This document shows, in pieces, positions 60,516-64,000 of a stretch of 64,000 bases of DNA. The DNA comes from an uncultured delta proteobacterium. Its GTDB lineage: Bacteria; Desulfobacterota; Binatia; UBA9968. A model generated the notes under the pieces. That model searched no databases. It was given only the letters and a program-made list of their open reading frames with translations, and was not told the DNA's origin. The number at the start of each line of letters is the position of its first letter. Within the stretch, counting starts at the first letter, position 1. Made by a program: the position numbers and the translations under genes. The DNA is taken from positions 32,001 through 96,000 of the forward strand of contig CAWJBB010000087.1 of assembly GCA_963840855.1 (NCBI GenBank), given 5' to 3'.

Positions 60516-61547
60516 TTACGGATTGAGATGGGGTAGTACTTCTTGCCCCATCAGATCAAGGCTTGATGGATCATCACCGGGAGAACTTAGCCACAGATTG
60601 TTGAGTCCCAAACTCGCCAGGCTGCGAATGCGCCGGACAATATCCGACGGCGCGCCCGCCACCGCAAACCGCTCGAGCAGGTAATCGGTCAGCCCGAGCT
60701 CGTCAATGAGCCGTACATTTTTTCCGGTTTTGTCCCCGTGCTGAGAATAATCGTACTGTTGGTGAAATCGCCGGATGCTTTCCTGAAGACGCTCCGGCAC
60801 ATTTTTCCCCGCTAGCCCCGATCGCAACGCATGGTTTCCCGCCGACGCGACGCTGGCTCGTATGTCTTTGAGGGCTTTCTCCCGGTTCTCGGCAATGCTC
60901 AACCGGGGCGCCCACCAAACCTCCACCTCGGATGGATCTCGCCCTGCTTCTTTTGCGCCTTCGTGAAGTTGCTGCAGGGAAGCCTCGACGATTTCCGGCG
61001 TCAAGCCGGTGCCGATGAGAACTTGATCACCAATTTGCCCGGCCAAACGGAGCATCCTTGGTCCCTCAGCAGTGACGCAAATCGGAATGCGCCGCCGCGT
61101 TTCCGGGCGCGGCCAGACGAAGCGGTTGTGCCGTCCTCGGTACACCGTCTGCCCATTTTCCAAAAGTTCGCGTACGGCAACGATGTAGTCGCGCGTTTCC
61201 TCGACGGTGGCCGGCTTGAGCCCGATGTTGTGCACCGCGCTGTCGCCCCTGCCGATGGTCAGCACGGCTCTGCCTTTGGAAATCAATTCCACACTGGCTA
61301 TAGCGCTGGCCATCACGGACGGCTCGCGCGTCACCGGATTGGCGACGCGCGGCCCGATTTCTACTCTTTCGGTGTTAAGGGCCATAAGCGTCAACGCGAC
61401 GAAGCACTCCATATTGTGCCACTGCGTGTCGCCGGTGCCGATGCGCGCAAAGCCGTAGCGGTCCGCGCGCCGTACCATATCTGTAAATCCATCCAGGCTA
61501 TGTTTCGGCGGGGGATGCAGATGGAGACCTATGCGGATTTGAGCCAT
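60516..61547 (-). CDS. LLM-class flavin/F420-dependent oxidoreductase (Mer-like)
   Basis: IGPRVANPVTREP, SKGRAVLTIGRGDS, AEGPRMLRLAGQIGD. Confidence 0.85.
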   Translation of the reverse strand: MAQIRIGLHLHPPPKHSLDGFTDMVRRADRYGFARIGTGDTQWHNMECFVALTLMALNTERVEIGPRVANPVTREPSVMASAIASVELISKGRAVLTIGRGDSAVHNIGLKPATVEETRDYIVAVRELLENGQTVYRGRHNRFVWPRPETRRRIPICVTAEGPRMLRLAGQIGDQVLIGTGLTPEIVEASLQQLHEGAKEAGRDPSEVEVWWAPRLSIAENREKALKDIRASVASAGNHALRSGLAGKNVPERLQESIRRFHQQYDYSQHGDKTGKNVRLIDELGLTDYLLERFAVAGAPSDIVRRIRSLASLGLNNLWLSSPGDDPSSLDLMGQEVLPHLNP

Positions 61548-61686
61548 AAGCGAATTGCGAGTCTTTTTTTTCAGATTCCTAAAGAAATCATTCTACAGCT
61601 GCTTAAAAGAGTAGGGCAGCGGCAAGGCGCCCCGGTTGGTTTCCAGTCGGTTCAAGCACGAGCACGAGAAACGAGCACGATTCCAC

Positions 61687-62730
61687 TCATCTTACCTCGA
61701 AGATGTTTTGGAATGTGCGCGCGTACTTGTCGAATTCCTCCGCAAGCTCGGGCTCGCTGGGATGGAACTTGATACCCTTGGTCAGCCGCGGGACGATCGG
61801 CTCGACATCGAGCCGGCTGGGAATTCTTTTGAAGCTGCGCAGGAGCAGCATCCCTTCTTTCGACAGCACATAATCGACGAAAAGCTTTGCCGCGTTGGGA
61901 TGAGGGGCGTTGGCGTTGATCGCCAGGGGGTGAAGGATCGCGATCACCGGGTCCAAGGGCACCCATTCGACGGGAGCGCCGCGCGCCTTCAGATCCTCGA
62001 TATTGGTGGAATAAGTATTGATCCCGATGGGATGCTCGCCGGCGGCCACCAAATCGGCGATTTGACTCGAACCGATTCTGAATCCCGGTTTTTGCAGCGC
62101 GAGCTGCTTGAAAAATTCCAACCCTTTCTCTTCGCCGCCGAGCTTGAGAATTTTAAGGAACCACTCATACGCCTTCGAGACCATGACGAATTTTCCCGTC
62201 CACTGGGGCTTCAGCAGATCGGCATGACTGCGCGGCACGTCCGGCGCTTTTACCATGCGGGTATTGTAAACAAGCACGTGCGCGTTCAGATAAGCATCGG
62301 TCCAGTATCCGTCCGGATCCTTAAATCCCGGGCCGTAGAATTTGCTTTCCGGCGAAACATATTTCATCAAGAGGCCTTCCTTCTTGGTGATGTACGTCCG
62401 CGCCCCGCCGTTCAGCAAGACGTCCGCCACATGTTTTTTTGCTCGCGCCTCGGATTGGAATCTTATGAGAAGTCGGTCCGCGCTCAGCCGATTCAGCTCC
62501 GTCTTGATGAAGGGATACTTCTCTTCGAATTTTCTGAGCAGGCCGTTATTGTCTTCAACGTTGAGGGAAGAATAGAAAATCATCCTCCCTTCTTTTCTTG
62601 CGCCTTCGATCAGTTTGGCGGTGACGCTATCTTGGGCCGATACGAAGTTCGGAACAAATAGAGCACTGACCAGAAGAATGACTCTTACTAGCAGAGGATG
62701 GAGTGTCTTTGATTGAATTGCATTGGTCAT
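61687..62730 (-). CDS. ABC substrate-binding protein, Fe3+/AfuA-like
   Basis: Signal peptide, GARKEG, LVYNT, APHPNAAKLFVDYVLSKEG; paralog of 58062. Confidence 0.88.
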   Translation of the reverse strand: MTNAIQSKTLHPLLVRVILLVSALFVPNFVSAQDSVTAKLIEGARKEGRMIFYSSLNVEDNNGLLRKFEEKYPFIKTELNRLSADRLLIRFQSEARAKKHVADVLLNGGARTYITKKEGLLMKYVSPESKFYGPGFKDPDGYWTDAYLNAHVLVYNTRMVKAPDVPRSHADLLKPQWTGKFVMVSKAYEWFLKILKLGGEEKGLEFFKQLALQKPGFRIGSSQIADLVAAGEHPIGINTYSTNIEDLKARGAPVEWVPLDPVIAILHPLAINANAPHPNAAKLFVDYVLSKEGMLLLRSFKRIPSRLDVEPIVPRLTKGIKFHPSEPELAEEFDKYARTFQNIFEVR

Positions 62731-62741
62731 ACGCTACATTT

Positions 62742-62771
62742 TCCATAACATCCTGCCGCGCCTATTGTCAA
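62742..62771 (-). promoter_or_regulatory. possible sigma70 promoter TTGACA-N18-TATGGA
   Basis: Perfect -35, weak -10 with upstream TG, just 5' of the SBP start. Confidence 0.3.
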
Positions 62772-62815
62772 AATCACTTCGAAAACAAACGGTCGCTTGC
62801 GCTCGCTGGCGCGGC

Positions 62816-64000
62816 TCACGCCGCAAAAAGCCGCGTGAGTTCTCTCACGTTGGCGATTTCGTCGATGCGGCTCAGCGTCTCCAGAGAACCAGCGACGGTG
62901 GTTTCGCTAAACCCGCCCTGGCGCGCGCAGGCCTGGTATTTCGCCGCGAGACGATCCCACGACAGAGGGTTTTTCGGATGGCCCGGGGCGTAGCTTACGG
63001 TTTCTTCGTAGACAGCGGTCTGCGTGCGGACCTGCACGCTTACTGGGCCCTCGCCGGGGGTCTCGCGCTTCGCCGGCGAATCAACGATGCGCACCTTGGC
63101 CACCAGGTCGCGCATCACCGGATCGCTGACATGTTCGAGATCGAAGCACTCTTCGTTGATTGTTTTCAAGGTAAGCCCGGCCGCCAACAAATATTCAAGG
63201 CTAAATTTTGCTTCCAGGCTGGTAGTTGGCCGGTGGTGGATCAGCACCCGAAAGGTAGCCGGAGCGGCGGCGCAGGTGATCTCCATCACGTCGCGCGGGG
63301 CGACGTGATGGCGTTCGGCGATCTTCACGATCGCATCGACCGCGCGTTGGGAACTATAAGGGCAGGGATAGGCTTTGAAGGCAATTCCCGGCTCCAGGAA
63401 CCTGAAACTCTTGCCGAGTTTCTCGCTGGTGTCTTCGTTTCTCAAGGCGCCGAAGAATCCGCCTTGCTGATCGAAAATGCTTGCATTGGCGGTAAATCCC
63501 AGCGCCGTCATCTCCGCAGCCGCGATTCCGTTTCTTGCCGCGTTGCCAATGTGCAGCGGTTTCACCATCGTGCCGAAATTCTGGCTAAGCCCGGCGGTCA
63601 AAGAGGCGGCAATCCCTAAAGCAACCTGAATTTGCTCACGCCCTAAACCAAACAATCTGGCAGCCGCGGCAGCTCGCGCCCAATGAACCGCACACGCCGG
63701 CCGGGTGGAGGCCTAATTCTTGCGCCGCTTTACTCATCCCTTTGGCCAATAGCGTGCTGACCTCGACGCCGACGATGTAGGCTTCGATGAGCGCGCGGCC
63801 GTTGACGCCCTTGGCTTCGCCCGCGGCCAACACGCAGGGCACCATCACGGCGCTCTGATGGCCGAAATGATCATAGTCAAGGGTGTGCGCAGCAACGCCG
63901 TTCGCTAGCGCTGCGTTTGCCGGCGACGTGCGAAGGCCGCGTTCCGCGATGACAGCGCATTGTCCAATCTCTCCCTGACTGCGAACCCACCGCGCGGTGA
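62816..64000 (-). pseudogene. MmgE/PrpD family protein, 5'-partial, frameshift near 63670
   Basis: ANGVAAHTLDYD, GLHPAG, NFGTMVKPLHIG, FKAYPC, AKFSLEY, PGHPKNP. Confidence 0.85.

Overview
GC-rich bacterial catabolic island. The protein and repeat style resembles Candidatus Binatia-type soil/sediment bacteria (inference only). Two long co-oriented blocks converge at about 45.75 kb. The + block (1-45695) alternates Fe3+/AfuA-class ABC substrate-binding proteins (SBPs) with phthalate-dioxygenase-like Rieske oxygenases and gentisate-dioxygenase-like cupins. It also holds permeases, one complete ATPase, a UbiD decarboxylase, a signal-less NMT1/SsuA-fold protein and a frameshifted group II intron. 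Positions 22543-33325 and 33326-44091 form a roughly 10.8 kb tandem duplication whose junction cuts an ATPase; it could be real or two strain haplotypes joined by assembly. The - block (45847-64000) has 3 MmgE/PrpD, 2 amidohydrolases, 2 CapA-like metallophosphoesterases, 2 atypical SDRs, an LLM oxidoreductase, 4 SBPs and a permease. Many spacers carry palindromic or short-period repeats. The most unusual signals are: ~135-bp heptamer-based inverted repeats bracketing a single cupin gene; a 24-28-nt module nested inside other repeats, in frame within one SBP N-terminus; and a co-varying CxxC motif in the expanded SBP clade. Scattered 1-nt frameshifts suggest long-read indel errors. No rRNA, tRNA, CRISPR array or transcription regulator was recognised.
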